NCBI GenBank assembly: GCA_963767925.1
Contig: CAVYGB010000008.1
Location: 448,001 to 512,000 of the forward strand
DNA from: an uncultured delta proteobacterium
GTDB lineage: Bacteria; Myxococcota_A; Polyangia; Fen-1088
DNA length: 64,000 nucleotides
Reading direction: 5' to 3'
The notes beneath the pieces were generated by a model. It did not search any database and was not told the origin of the DNA. It saw nothing but the letters and a program-made list of their open reading frames with translations. How positions within the stretch are numbered: the stretch's first letter is position 1; every line of letters begins with the position of its first letter. This document shows positions 16,485 through 25,878 of this stretch, piece by piece. The translations under genes and the position numbers were made by a program.

Positions 16485-17633
16485 ATGAAGATCGCGCTAC
16501 TGGCAGAGAACTATTTCCCGACGCTCGGGGGCATTCAGGAGCACATCTATCACCTGGCGCGCAACATGATGGCGCGCGGGCACGAGGTGCGGGTGTTGAC
16601 CGGGATGCCCGAGGTGGAGGCCTGGCGGGGCCCCCCCGACGAGCCCTGGGTCCGGCGGGTGGGCCGGGCGCGTCGCTACTCGGTGATGGGCTCGCGCACC
16701 ACCTTCACCTTCGGTCCAGCGGTGGCCTGGCGCCTGCGCAAGGCCCTGCGCGAGGAGAGCTTCGACCTCGTCCACGTGCACGCCCCCTGCGACATGGGGC
16801 TGCCGGCGTTGCTCTATCCGCTGTACCGCGGGCCGGTGGTGGCGACGCTGCACTCGCCGATGAACGACCCCTCGATGTTTCGCTGGCTGGCCTCGCCCTA
16901 TTACCAGTGGGTGTTGCGCCGCTGCTGCGACGCCGTCATCTCCGTCTCCGACGCCGCCCGCACGGCGATGGGGCGCTACGCCCGGTTCGACAGCCGCCTG
17001 GTCCCCAACGGGGTGGACGGGGCGGCCCTCGCGAGCGGCAAGCCGATCCCCCGTTTCCTCGATGGCATGACCAACATCCTCATGCTGGGCCGGCTCGAGC
17101 CGCGCAACGGCCCCGACATCATGCTGGCCGCCTTGCCCTTCATCCTGGCCCGGCGGCCGGACGTCCGGCTGCTGGTGGCGGGCGACGGGAAGAACGGCAT
17201 CGCCGACTACCAGGCGCTGGTCCCGGCCAACCTGCGCGAACGGGTGGTCTTCCTGGGTCCCGTCTACGACGAGCGGCCCGACGTCTACGCCAGCGCCCGG
17301 CTGTGCGTGCTGCCGGCGCGCAGCGGATCCTTCTCCATCATCATGCTGGAGGCCCTGGCGGCGGGCGTGCCCGTGGTGGCCACCCCCTTCGTGGAGGGCT
17401 GGCGGCACGAGCGGCACTGGCAGCCGGCCCGGGTCTCGCCCGACTTCTCCCCGGAGGCGCTGGCCGGCACCGTCCTGCAGGCCCTGGGCGAGGACCCGGG
17501 GGCGCGCATCGCCCAGGGGCGCGAGGTGGTGCGGGCCTTCGACTGGAAGGAGATCAGCCGCCAGGTCGAGATGGTCTACGACGACGTGATCGCCTCGCGC
17601 GCCCGCTACGCCAAGGCGGTGGGCAGCCTCTGA
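16485..17633 (+). CDS. GT4 glycosyltransferase, PimA/PIG-A-like
   Basis: YFPTLGGIQEHIYHLA...GHEVRVLT, DLVHVH, VPNGVD, GRLEPRNG and LEALAAGVPVV. Confidence 0.88.
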   Translation: MKIALLAENYFPTLGGIQEHIYHLARNMMARGHEVRVLTGMPEVEAWRGPPDEPWVRRVGRARRYSVMGSRTTFTFGPAVAWRLRKALREESFDLVHVHAPCDMGLPALLYPLYRGPVVATLHSPMNDPSMFRWLASPYYQWVLRRCCDAVISVSDAARTAMGRYARFDSRLVPNGVDGAALASGKPIPRFLDGMTNILMLGRLEPRNGPDIMLAALPFILARRPDVRLLVAGDGKNGIADYQALVPANLRERVVFLGPVYDERPDVYASARLCVLPARSGSFSIIMLEALAAGVPVVATPFVEGWRHERHWQPARVSPDFSPEALAGTVLQALGEDPGARIAQGREVVRAFDWKEISRQVEMVYDDVIASRARYAKAVGSL

Positions 17634-17663
17634 GAGGCGACGGTTCGACGGACGGCCCCTGGC

Positions 17664-18743
17664 TCAACCGCGGCGGGTGAGGATCTGGCCGGCGGCGACG
17701 ACGGAGAGCGCGAGGGCGAGCAGGGAGGCATAGGCCAGCACGACCGGCGTGAGGCCGAGCAGGGCCAGCACCAGCCAGGTGAACACGAAGAAGTCCCGGC
17801 GGGCCAGGGTCCCGAGCGCGTTGAACAGGGTCCCGCGGGCCCGGCCCCCGGCCAGCACCCCCTTCAGGCTGGCCCCCCGGGTGAACCACCAGCGGACCTT
17901 GAGCACCTCGCCGCCCTCACCCTGGCGGATGAGCTCCCGGTAGACCACGGCGTTGTAAAACAGGAGCAGGCCTGTGGCGCACAGCCCGATCGCCAGGTAG
18001 GCCGGCCGATCGTGGGCCCGCCAGAGCCCCACCCCGATGGCGGCGGTCAGCACCAGGTTGAGGGCGTCGTCGACAAGGGTGTCGAGCCATTCGCCGATCG
18101 CCGACTGCTGCAGGCGCACGCGCGCCAGCTCGCCGTCGCAGCCATCGAGCACCGACTGCAAGTGGGCCAGCAAGAACCCGAGGGGCATCGCCCAGGCCGA
18201 GCCGGAGGCGATGCAGGCGGCCCCCAGCAGGCCGACCAGGCCCGCGCCCACCGTGACCTGGTTGGGGGTGAAGGGCAGCCGGCACAGCAGGTGGCGGGTG
18301 ATGCGAAAGGAGATCGGTTTGTTCAGGGTGCGCGCGACGATCCCCAGGTCGCCCCGGAGCAGCTCGGCGAAGACCGCGTCCTCGGCGCGCTTCCGGCTGG
18401 CCTCGTCCTCCACCCGGTGGGGCTCGGCGTCCAGGCGGGTTGTGGCGCGGACCACGTCGGCGCCCACCTCGAGGGGGTGGCGGAGCCGGGCGCGCAAGGC
18501 GTCCAGCGCGGCGGCGCCGTCGATCGGCACCACCTCCGGCGCCACCTCGACGGCGGTGGTGGGCGGGGGGACGTCGGGGCCGGCCGCGACGACGACCTCG
18601 AAGCCCAGGCGCTGGAGCTGTTTTATCGATCGATCGATGACGGTGAGGCCCGCCACCTGCAGCGCGGCCCCCGGCGCCTCGGCGGCGGTGGCGCGCACGA
18701 GCGCGAGGGGGCGCGCGGCGGGAGCGTGGGGGGCGGAGGTCAT
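17664..18743 (-). CDS. CDP-alcohol phosphatidyltransferase family protein with N-terminal degenerate nucleotidyltransferase-like region
   Basis: TPNQVT and DGCDGELAR...GEWLDTLVD signature; LNKPIS preceding it, as in DIPP/PIP-synthase-like proteins. Confidence 0.88.
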   Translation of the reverse strand: MTSAPHAPAARPLALVRATAAEAPGAALQVAGLTVIDRSIKQLQRLGFEVVVAAGPDVPPPTTAVEVAPEVVPIDGAAALDALRARLRHPLEVGADVVRATTRLDAEPHRVEDEASRKRAEDAVFAELLRGDLGIVARTLNKPISFRITRHLLCRLPFTPNQVTVGAGLVGLLGAACIASGSAWAMPLGFLLAHLQSVLDGCDGELARVRLQQSAIGEWLDTLVDDALNLVLTAAIGVGLWRAHDRPAYLAIGLCATGLLLFYNAVVYRELIRQGEGGEVLKVRWWFTRGASLKGVLAGGRARGTLFNALGTLARRDFFVFTWLVLALLGLTPVVLAYASLLALALSVVAAGQILTRRG

Positions 18744-18877
18744 CTCGGGAGGGCGTGTGGTAAGGGGTGCCGGGGGCCACGACCGGTGCTGCCGGCGAGC
18801 ACACCGGCGACGATTCTGGCTTCATTTTCTGGGGCGGTCATCGGTGGCGCAGCCGGCGGGCACTTTATACTCGTCAC

Positions 18878-20461
18878 GTGCGCAAGCTGACGTCGATCGG
18901 CTGGGTGCTCGCCGTGCTCGCGTGCGGTGTTGTGCTGCGGCTGCCCACCTTTGGCCAGCCCCTGCTGTCCGACGACGAGGCGATCTACGCGGCGACGGCG
19001 GATGCCATGTCGAAGGGGGATGTGCTCTATCGCGACGTGGTCGACCACAAGCCGCCGCTTATCTATCACGTCTATCAGGCCGGGTTCGCGCTGTTCGGGG
19101 ACTACGAGACCCACGGGGCGCACCTGTTCGTCGTCCTGGCGGTGCTGGCCACCGCCGGCCTGCTCTGGCGCCTGGCCGCCCGGGGGCCCGCCGGCTTCCT
19201 CGGCGGTGCGGTGGCGGCGCTGCTCTGGCTCGTGTTCTCCACCACCTGGCACGCCTACGACGCGCTGGCGGCGAACTGCGAGCTGTTTCTGCTGGTGCCG
19301 CAGGCGCTGGCCGCTCTCGTGTTGCTGTCGCTGCACGATCGCCCGCGCGAGGGGGTGCGCTGGGGCTCGCACCTGATTGTCGGCTTCCTGATCGGTGTGG
19401 CGGCGCTGTTCAAGTATCAGGCGCTCACCTTCCTCGGTGTGTCCCTGGGCATGCTCCTCTACGGTCTCTTGCTGGGGATGCAGACCCGCCAGCGGGTCGT
19501 GATCGCCATCGTCCTGCAGGTGGCGGGCGCGCTGCTGCCGCCGATCCTCTACCTGGCCTACGCCGCCTTCCAGGGCAGCGCCGCCGACGCGGTCCGCTGG
19601 TTTCGCTTCAACTTCCTCTACGTCGACGCCGGGCTGACCGGCGGCGAGGCCCTGAGCCGAGGGGCCAGGCGCCTGGCCCTGATCGGCGGGGTGGCCCTGG
19701 TCCCCTACGCGCTCGGCCTCGGCGGGGCGGTCACCACCCTGCAGGCGGTGGTGCGGGCCCAGCGGGCGGCAGCCCGGGCGCGGGCGGCCCGGATGGCGCC
19801 GGCGCCCCACGAGGTGCTCGCCGTGCTCTGGCTCGCGACCTCGGCGGTGGCGGTGTGCGCCGGCGGGCGGTTCTTCGGGCACTATTTTCACCTCGTGCTC
19901 CCGCCCCTGTGCCTGCTGGCGGCGGGGCCGTTTCTCCGCCTGTGGCGGGCCTCCCGCACGCTGCGCCGCTGGTTGATCGGGCTGTGCGCGGCGCCGGCCC
20001 TGGTCTTCCTGCTGCTGGCCACGGTGGCGCGGCCGCTCGCCGCCCGCCTGGATCACGCCGATCCGGCCTATGGGCCGGTCGTCGAGCGCATCGTCGCCCT
20101 GTCGCCCGCCCGGGGCCGGGTGTTCGTCTGGGGCAACTCGCCGCAGCTCTACGTGCTGTCCCGGCGGCCGATGGGCACCCGCTTCTCCTTCTGCAACTAC
20201 CTCACCGGCGAGAGCCCGGGCACCCCCACCGAGACCGGCGCCCGCGACGCCAGCGCGAACAGCTACCGGCCGGCCTGGGAGATGCTCTTTGCCGACCTCG
20301 AGGCGCGGCGGCCGCTGCTGTTCGTCGACGCCGCGGCGGCCGGCTGGGACGGGTACGACAAGTTCCCTGTCGATCGTTATCCCGAGCTGGCCCGCTACCG
20401 GGCCGAGCACTACCGCCCGGTCGAGGCCGAGCAGGGCGTGGTCATCTACGTGCGCCGCTGA
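18878..20461 (+). CDS. GT-C fold polytopic glycosyltransferase (ArnT/PMT_2-like)
   Basis: DDEAIY in the first loop, LYRDVVDHKPP, ANCELF, FKY, FGHYF; many TMs. GTG start at VRKLTS. Confidence 0.82.
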   Translation: MRKLTSIGWVLAVLACGVVLRLPTFGQPLLSDDEAIYAATADAMSKGDVLYRDVVDHKPPLIYHVYQAGFALFGDYETHGAHLFVVLAVLATAGLLWRLAARGPAGFLGGAVAALLWLVFSTTWHAYDALAANCELFLLVPQALAALVLLSLHDRPREGVRWGSHLIVGFLIGVAALFKYQALTFLGVSLGMLLYGLLLGMQTRQRVVIAIVLQVAGALLPPILYLAYAAFQGSAADAVRWFRFNFLYVDAGLTGGEALSRGARRLALIGGVALVPYALGLGGAVTTLQAVVRAQRAAARARAARMAPAPHEVLAVLWLATSAVAVCAGGRFFGHYFHLVLPPLCLLAAGPFLRLWRASRTLRRWLIGLCAAPALVFLLLATVARPLAARLDHADPAYGPVVERIVALSPARGRVFVWGNSPQLYVLSRRPMGTRFSFCNYLTGESPGTPTETGARDASANSYRPAWEMLFADLEARRPLLFVDAAAAGWDGYDKFPVDRYPELARYRAEHYRPVEAEQGVVIYVRR

Positions 20462-20509
20462 TGTCGCGCGCCTTGCGCGCCGGCTCGCGATCGCGGAGAA
20501 GGTGACCCG

Positions 20510-21541
20510 TTGCCCGTCACCGAGGTCCCTCCGCCGCGCCGGCGCGATCGCCGCCGCTTCGCCCTGCGCGCCGCCCTGGTGATCGCCGGGCTGGGCGCGA
20601 TCTTCCTGTTGCTGCACTACACGGGCTGGCCGGTGATCCTGCGCAGCTTCCGCCAGGTCGGCCTCGGGGTTTTCCTGCTCGTCACCGTGCTGGGATTTTG
20701 CGAGCACCTGGTCGACACCATCGCGTTGCAGGCGGCGATGCTGGGCCGGGTCGACCTGCCGGGGACGCTGATCAGCAACAGCACCGGGGCGCTGGTCAAC
20801 ACCTTCATCCCGCTCGAGGCGGGCGAGGTGGTCAAGGGGGCGCTGCTGCGGCAGCGGTCGAGCCACCCGCAGGTGCTGGCGGGGCTCATCGTCTGGAACT
20901 ACGTCTGGAAGGTGGCCAAGCCCTGCGCCCTGCTCGCGCTGTTCGGGCTGGCGATCGCGCTCGGCAGCGTCTATCCGGAGGACCTGCGGCTGTCGCTGCT
21001 CGGCGGGGTGCTGATCTCCTTCCTGCCGTACCTGATCCTGCGCATGTTGATCCGGCAGCGTCCCGCCGAGCGGCTGACCCGGCTGCTGTCGCGCCTGCCC
21101 CGCTTGCAGCCCTACCTCGGCGGCTGGGTGGAGGGGGCGATCCACCTCGATCAGGGGGTGCGGCACTTCTGGCGCCACCAGCCCGGCGCCTACGTGCGGG
21201 TCTTCCTCCTGATCTTCGCCGGCCGCTTCTTCGGCCTCGCGGCGCTGGCGGTGCTGGCCGGTCCCCTCGGGCTGCCCGCCGACGCCGGCAGCGTCGCCTT
21301 CCTGTACGTGGCGACCATGGTGACCGAATACGTGACGATGGTGCTGCCCGCGCGGCTCGGGGTGACCGAGGGCAGCTCGTTCCTGCTGTTCAAGCTGATG
21401 GGCCTCGACCCGGCGGCCGGCCTGGTGCTCGCGGTCATCATCCGGATCCGGGCGGTGCTGATGCTGGCCCCCACCGGCCTGCTCGGCTGGGTCCGCCTGC
21501 ACGATCGGCCGGCGAGGCGGACGGAGCGGCCGGCCCCATGA
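20510..21541 (+). CDS. Lysylphosphatidylglycerol-synthase TM-domain (UPF0104, flippase-like) protein
   Basis: NTFIP..AGEVVK and PARLGVTEG motifs; multiple TMs. TTG start. Confidence 0.78.
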   Translation: MPVTEVPPPRRRDRRRFALRAALVIAGLGAIFLLLHYTGWPVILRSFRQVGLGVFLLVTVLGFCEHLVDTIALQAAMLGRVDLPGTLISNSTGALVNTFIPLEAGEVVKGALLRQRSSHPQVLAGLIVWNYVWKVAKPCALLALFGLAIALGSVYPEDLRLSLLGGVLISFLPYLILRMLIRQRPAERLTRLLSRLPRLQPYLGGWVEGAIHLDQGVRHFWRHQPGAYVRVFLLIFAGRFFGLAALAVLAGPLGLPADAGSVAFLYVATMVTEYVTMVLPARLGVTEGSSFLLFKLMGLDPAAGLVLAVIIRIRAVLMLAPTGLLGWVRLHDRPARRTERPAP

Positions 21542-23811
21542 TCGTGTCACCGCCCGCGGCGACCGCACCGGCGACCGCACCGACAATGACGGATCGCCCC
21601 GGCCTCACCCAAACCACTTTCCGCACCTGGGCGGTGCTCGACGCGATCTACGGCCTGCTGATCGGGGCCCTCGCCATCTGGGCGGTGCCCTGGAAGTGGC
21701 CGCCCGCCAACCTGACCCTGCTGGCCTACGCCGGCGCCATCGCCGCCGGCGCCCCCGGGCTGTGGCGAGGCGCCCGCTGGGCCTGGCGGCTGGCCTCGGT
21801 CACCTGCCTGCTCGGGCTGGCGGCGGCGGTGCTCGCCGTCTCCGGGCTCGTCGCCTCCTGGGCGTATCTGCGGGCGGTCTACGGCGCCTTCGGGGCGGGG
21901 GCCTCGATCGCCAGCCTGCTGATCGCCGGGATGGCCTTCCAGCTCCTCGGGCTGTACCCGGCGGTGCGCCTGCGGGCCCTGCTCCGACGCGAGGTGCGGG
22001 CCTCGGTCCGGGCCGGGCGGTCGGTCGCCCTCGTCACGCTGGCGCTGGGGCTCGTGCCGCTGGCGGTGGGCGGGACGGTCCACGCGCGGTTTGCGCTCGA
22101 GCCGCTGCCGCCGCTCCCGGACCCGGCGCTGGCCGGATCGGTTGCGCTGGTGCGGGCCCGGGCGGAGGGCCGCGCGCCCGCGCCTGCCCCTGACCTGGCC
22201 GGCCTGGACCCGGGGCTGGGCCCGCTGCACGTGACGCTCTGGCACGAGGGTGAGCGGGTGGCCCGGGCCCGGGGGACCGGGCGGGATCTGGCGGAGGCCG
22301 CCGAGGCAGCGGGGCGAGCGCTGCAGGCGGCGTTGCAGGCGAGCGGCCGGCCGGCGCAGGGCCAGATCCGGGTCGACCGGGTCGTGGCGCGGGGGCCGGT
22401 GGCGCGAGGCTGGCGGACGGCCTTCTCGCTCGGGCTGGACCCGGGCCTCGACGGGCTGGCGGCCGGTGACCGGCTGGTCTTCCTCCCCGACGACGTCCTG
22501 CGGGCGGCGGTGGCCGGGACGGCGGCACCCCTGGCCCAGCTCGACGAGCTGCGGGCGGGGATCGACGTCGACTGGATGGAGGCGCGCATCGCCGACGCCG
22601 GCGCGCAGGCGCCGCTGCAGCGACTGCGCACCGAGAGCTGGATCGAGGGGCAAGGGGGCGCCGGCGTCAGGCGCCTGCACCGGGGCAACCCGCTGGGCGG
22701 CCCGGCGCTGTCGGCCCGGCGGGCGGCCGTCTGGGCGGGGGACTTCATCTTGCAGCAGCTCGAGTCCGACGGGCGCTTTCGCTACCGCTACCAGCCCTAC
22801 CAGGGCGGCGGCGCCAGCACCGGCGAATACAGCTTGCCCCGCCACGCGGGCACGGCCTACGCCCTGGCCCTGCTGTTCGGTTACACCGGGGAGATCCGGT
22901 TTCGCGAAGGGGCGGAGGCGGCGCTGCACTGGCTGGCCCGCCTGGTCACCGCCCACTGCGGACCCGGCCGGGCCTGCCTGGTGGAAGATGGGCGGGCCCC
23001 GGTGGGCCACGCCGCGCTGGCGGCGATCGCGATGTTCACCTACCAGGCGCAGACGGGCGACCGCCGCTACGCCGCCCTCGCCGGCGAGCTGGTCGCCTTC
23101 CTGCTGGTCATGCAGCGGCCCGACGGCGAGCTCCACCACGTGTACGACGTCACCGACGCTCGGCCGCTCGACGAGCCACCGCGGATGTTCGCCTCCGAGC
23201 AGGCCGCCCTGGCCCTGGTGCTCGCCCACGGGGCGCTCGGTGACGGGCGGTACCTCGCGGCGGCCGAGCGGCTCCTCGATCACCTGACCCTGCGCAAGCA
23301 CGACCACTTCCTGGGGCGATTCGTCTACGGCGCCGACCACTGGACCTGTCTGGCGGCCGACGCGGCGGTGCCCGGGCTGGCCCACCGCCGCTACCTGGAC
23401 TTCTGCCGCGGTTACGCCGCCTTCATGAGCCGCCTGCAATATCCCCGGCAGCCCGGGGCGCCGGCTCGCGACTTCGCCGGTCACTACGGCTTCGGCTACC
23501 TGATGGTTCCGCAGGCGCCGGCCACCGCCGGCTTCGCCGAGGCGCTGCTGGCCACCCTGGCGCTGGCCAACCACCACCGGGTCCCGGCCGAGGATCTGAA
23601 GGACCAGGCGCAGGCGGCGCTGCAGGCGCTGGCCCGCGACCAGCTCCGCCCCGACAACAGTTACCTGACGCGCAGCCCGGCCCGGGCCCTCGGCGGGTTT
23701 CGCCGCTCGCTGGTCGAGCCCGAGATCCGGATCGATTTCGTCCAGCACGCCGCCAGCGCCCTGGCCCGGGGGCCCTCGCTGGGGCTCGAGACGCTCGGGG
23801 CGTCTCCCTAG
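21538..23811 (+). CDS. Membrane protein with AMMECR1-like region and C-terminal (alpha/alpha)-barrel-like domain, function unknown
   Basis: ATGA overlap with the upstream gene; N-terminal TMs; DGRFRYRYQP..YSLPRHAGT, QRPDG, DHW and IRIDFVQH motifs. Alternative start at 21586. Confidence 0.6.
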   Translation: MIVSPPAATAPATAPTMTDRPGLTQTTFRTWAVLDAIYGLLIGALAIWAVPWKWPPANLTLLAYAGAIAAGAPGLWRGARWAWRLASVTCLLGLAAAVLAVSGLVASWAYLRAVYGAFGAGASIASLLIAGMAFQLLGLYPAVRLRALLRREVRASVRAGRSVALVTLALGLVPLAVGGTVHARFALEPLPPLPDPALAGSVALVRARAEGRAPAPAPDLAGLDPGLGPLHVTLWHEGERVARARGTGRDLAEAAEAAGRALQAALQASGRPAQGQIRVDRVVARGPVARGWRTAFSLGLDPGLDGLAAGDRLVFLPDDVLRAAVAGTAAPLAQLDELRAGIDVDWMEARIADAGAQAPLQRLRTESWIEGQGGAGVRRLHRGNPLGGPALSARRAAVWAGDFILQQLESDGRFRYRYQPYQGGGASTGEYSLPRHAGTAYALALLFGYTGEIRFREGAEAALHWLARLVTAHCGPGRACLVEDGRAPVGHAALAAIAMFTYQAQTGDRRYAALAGELVAFLLVMQRPDGELHHVYDVTDARPLDEPPRMFASEQAALALVLAHGALGDGRYLAAAERLLDHLTLRKHDHFLGRFVYGADHWTCLAADAAVPGLAHRRYLDFCRGYAAFMSRLQYPRQPGAPARDFAGHYGFGYLMVPQAPATAGFAEALLATLALANHHRVPAEDLKDQAQAALQALARDQLRPDNSYLTRSPARALGGFRRSLVEPEIRIDFVQHAASALARGPSLGLETLGASP

Positions 23812-23918
23812 AGCGAGGCCCGCCCGGGACGCCAGAAACCCCGGGATGTGGGGCTCTTCCCGGCGCGGCAGTCGGGTCGCGACTGGACGGCGGGGCGGGG
23901 GGAGGCGAGAATCCTTTC

Positions 23919-24281
23919 ATGGAGCTCGTCGATCTCAATCAGGACGAACGGCTGGCGCTGGTGGCGCTCATCGAGGCGACCGCCCAGGCGGATCGCAAGG
24001 TGTCCGACGAAGAGGAGGGTGTCCTGGAGGAGGTGGTCGAGGCGCTCGGCCCCGACGCCTACCAGCAGGTGGTGGAGCAGGCGGACCAGCAATTTACCGG
24101 CGAGAACGACCTCAAGGTGTTCCTGCGCGGGATCGACCGCCCCGAGGCGCGCGAGATCATCTACGGGACGGTGCTGGAGCTGGCGATGGCCGAGGTTGTC
24201 ACCGGCCACGAGCCGGCGCTGCTGAGCTGGCTCGCCGAGACCTGGCAGCTCGAGTCCTCGATCGCCGCCCCCAGCGACTAG
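23919..24281 (+). CDS. Small acidic TerB-like protein
   Basis: AQADRKVSDEE and LAMAEV...E..LL..L...W pattern; host-like codon usage; GGAGG upstream. Confidence 0.6.
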   Translation: MELVDLNQDERLALVALIEATAQADRKVSDEEEGVLEEVVEALGPDAYQQVVEQADQQFTGENDLKVFLRGIDRPEAREIIYGTVLELAMAEVVTGHEPALLSWLAETWQLESSIAAPSD

Positions 24282-24306
24282 ATCCAGAGCGGATGCGGGC
24301 CCGTGC

Positions 24307-25878
24307 TCAGGCGGAGGGCGCCGCGCGGGCCCGGGCCAGGGCGGCGTCGATCCGGTGCAGGCAGGTGGGCTGGCCGATCAGGGACAGCGACTCGTAAAAG
24401 CCGGGGCCGGTGCCCGAGCCGGTCACCGCCACCCGGACCGCGTGGACGATGTCGCCGAGGGCGAGGCCCCGTTCGGCGAGGTAGGCCTGGGTCTCGCGCT
24501 CGAGGGTGGCGCTGTCGAAGGCCGCGCGGCCGGCCAGCCAGGTCCGGTAGTCGGCCAGCCGCTCGGCGGCGCCGGCGGCCAGGATCCGCTTGGCGAAGGC
24601 CTTCTCCTCGTAGGCCACGTCTTGCCCGAAGAAGAACCCGGCCTGCAGCACGATGTCCCCGAACACCTTGAGCCGGTCGCCGAGCACCTCCACGAGCTGG
24701 GCGACCTTGACCTCGACCTCCGGCGTGACGGGGGCCGCGATGAGGCCCGCCCGCTCCAGGAAGGGCAACATGCGGGCGACCTTCTCGGTCGAGGGCAGCT
24801 CCTTCATGTAGTGGGCCTGGAAGGCCACCAGCTTGGTGGGGTCGAAGCTGGCCGGGGCGGGGTTGACCCGCTCGAGGGTGAAGCTCTCGACCATCTGGGC
24901 GCGGGTGAAAAACTCGGTGCGGTCGTCGAGCGACCAGCCCAGCAGCAGCAGGTAGTTGACGATCGCCTCGGGCAGGTAGCCCACCTGCTCGTAGAAGTCG
25001 ACGGTGACCGGGTTGAAGGTCTCGGCCGAGGTGGGCAGGCGGAGGGCGGCGGCGATCGCCATCCCGTGCTGGTGGACCCGGGCGAAGTCGGGGTTCTTGA
25101 GGTAGGCCTCGAGCTTGCGCTTGGACAGCTTGCGCTTGGAGCCCGGCTCGGCCACGTAGGGCAGGTGGGCGTAGCGGGGCATGGGGTAGCCGAGGGCCTG
25201 CACCATGAAGACCTGGCGGGGGGTGTTCGACAGGTGCTCCTCGGCCCGGACGACGTGGGTGATGCCGAAGTCGTTATCATCGACAACGTTGGCCAGGTGG
25301 TAGATGAATGACCCGTCCGTGCGCTGGATGACGTGGTCCGCCTCCTGGACCCACTCGAACTCGACGGTGCCGCGCACCAGGTCGGGCAGGGCCAGGCTGC
25401 CCGCGCGGGGCATCTTCAGCCGCACCACCGCCGCCCGCCCCTCGGCCTCGAAGCGGGCCCGCTGCTCGGGGGTCTCGGCCATGAAGCGGCGGCTGTACTG
25501 GAACTGGACCTTGGCCGCCTCGGCGGTCTTGCGCTCGGCGTCCATCTCGGCGGCGCTGGCGTAGTCCCGATAGGCGTGGCCCTCGGCCAGCAGGCGATCG
25601 ACGGCGGCCTGGTAGCGGGCGCTCCGTTGCGACTGGAAGTAGGGGGCGCAGGGTCCCCCCACCTCGGGGCCCTCGTCCCAGTCGAGCCCCAGCCAGTGAA
25701 AGCCGTGGAGGATGGGGGCCAGGGCCGCCTCGACGTTGCGCTGCTGATCGGTGTCGTCGATGCGCAGGATGTATTTGCCCCCCGCGTGGCGGGCGAACAG
25801 CCAGTTGAACAGCGCCGTGCGCACGCCGCCGATGTGGAGAAAACCGGTCGGGCTGGGGGCGAAGCGGGTGCGGGTCAC
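24307..25878 (-). CDS. gltX: Glutamate-tRNA ligase
   Basis: RTRFAPSPTGFLHIGG, LRIDDTD, VVRAEEHLSNT and KLSKR. GTG start overlaps the metG stop (GTGA). Confidence 0.96.
   Translation of the reverse strand: MTRTRFAPSPTGFLHIGGVRTALFNWLFARHAGGKYILRIDDTDQQRNVEAALAPILHGFHWLGLDWDEGPEVGGPCAPYFQSQRSARYQAAVDRLLAEGHAYRDYASAAEMDAERKTAEAAKVQFQYSRRFMAETPEQRARFEAEGRAAVVRLKMPRAGSLALPDLVRGTVEFEWVQEADHVIQRTDGSFIYHLANVVDDNDFGITHVVRAEEHLSNTPRQVFMVQALGYPMPRYAHLPYVAEPGSKRKLSKRKLEAYLKNPDFARVHQHGMAIAAALRLPTSAETFNPVTVDFYEQVGYLPEAIVNYLLLLGWSLDDRTEFFTRAQMVESFTLERVNPAPASFDPTKLVAFQAHYMKELPSTEKVARMLPFLERAGLIAAPVTPEVEVKVAQLVEVLGDRLKVFGDIVLQAGFFFGQDVAYEEKAFAKRILAAGAAERLADYRTWLAGRAAFDSATLERETQAYLAERGLALGDIVHAVRVAVTGSGTGPGFYESLSLIGQPTCLHRIDAALARARAAPSA

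Noticed and set aside
20698..21537. N-terminal extension of the 1037-aa ORF
   Set aside because: It overlaps the flippase-like gene out of frame. The ATGA-coupled start at 21538 is more plausible.
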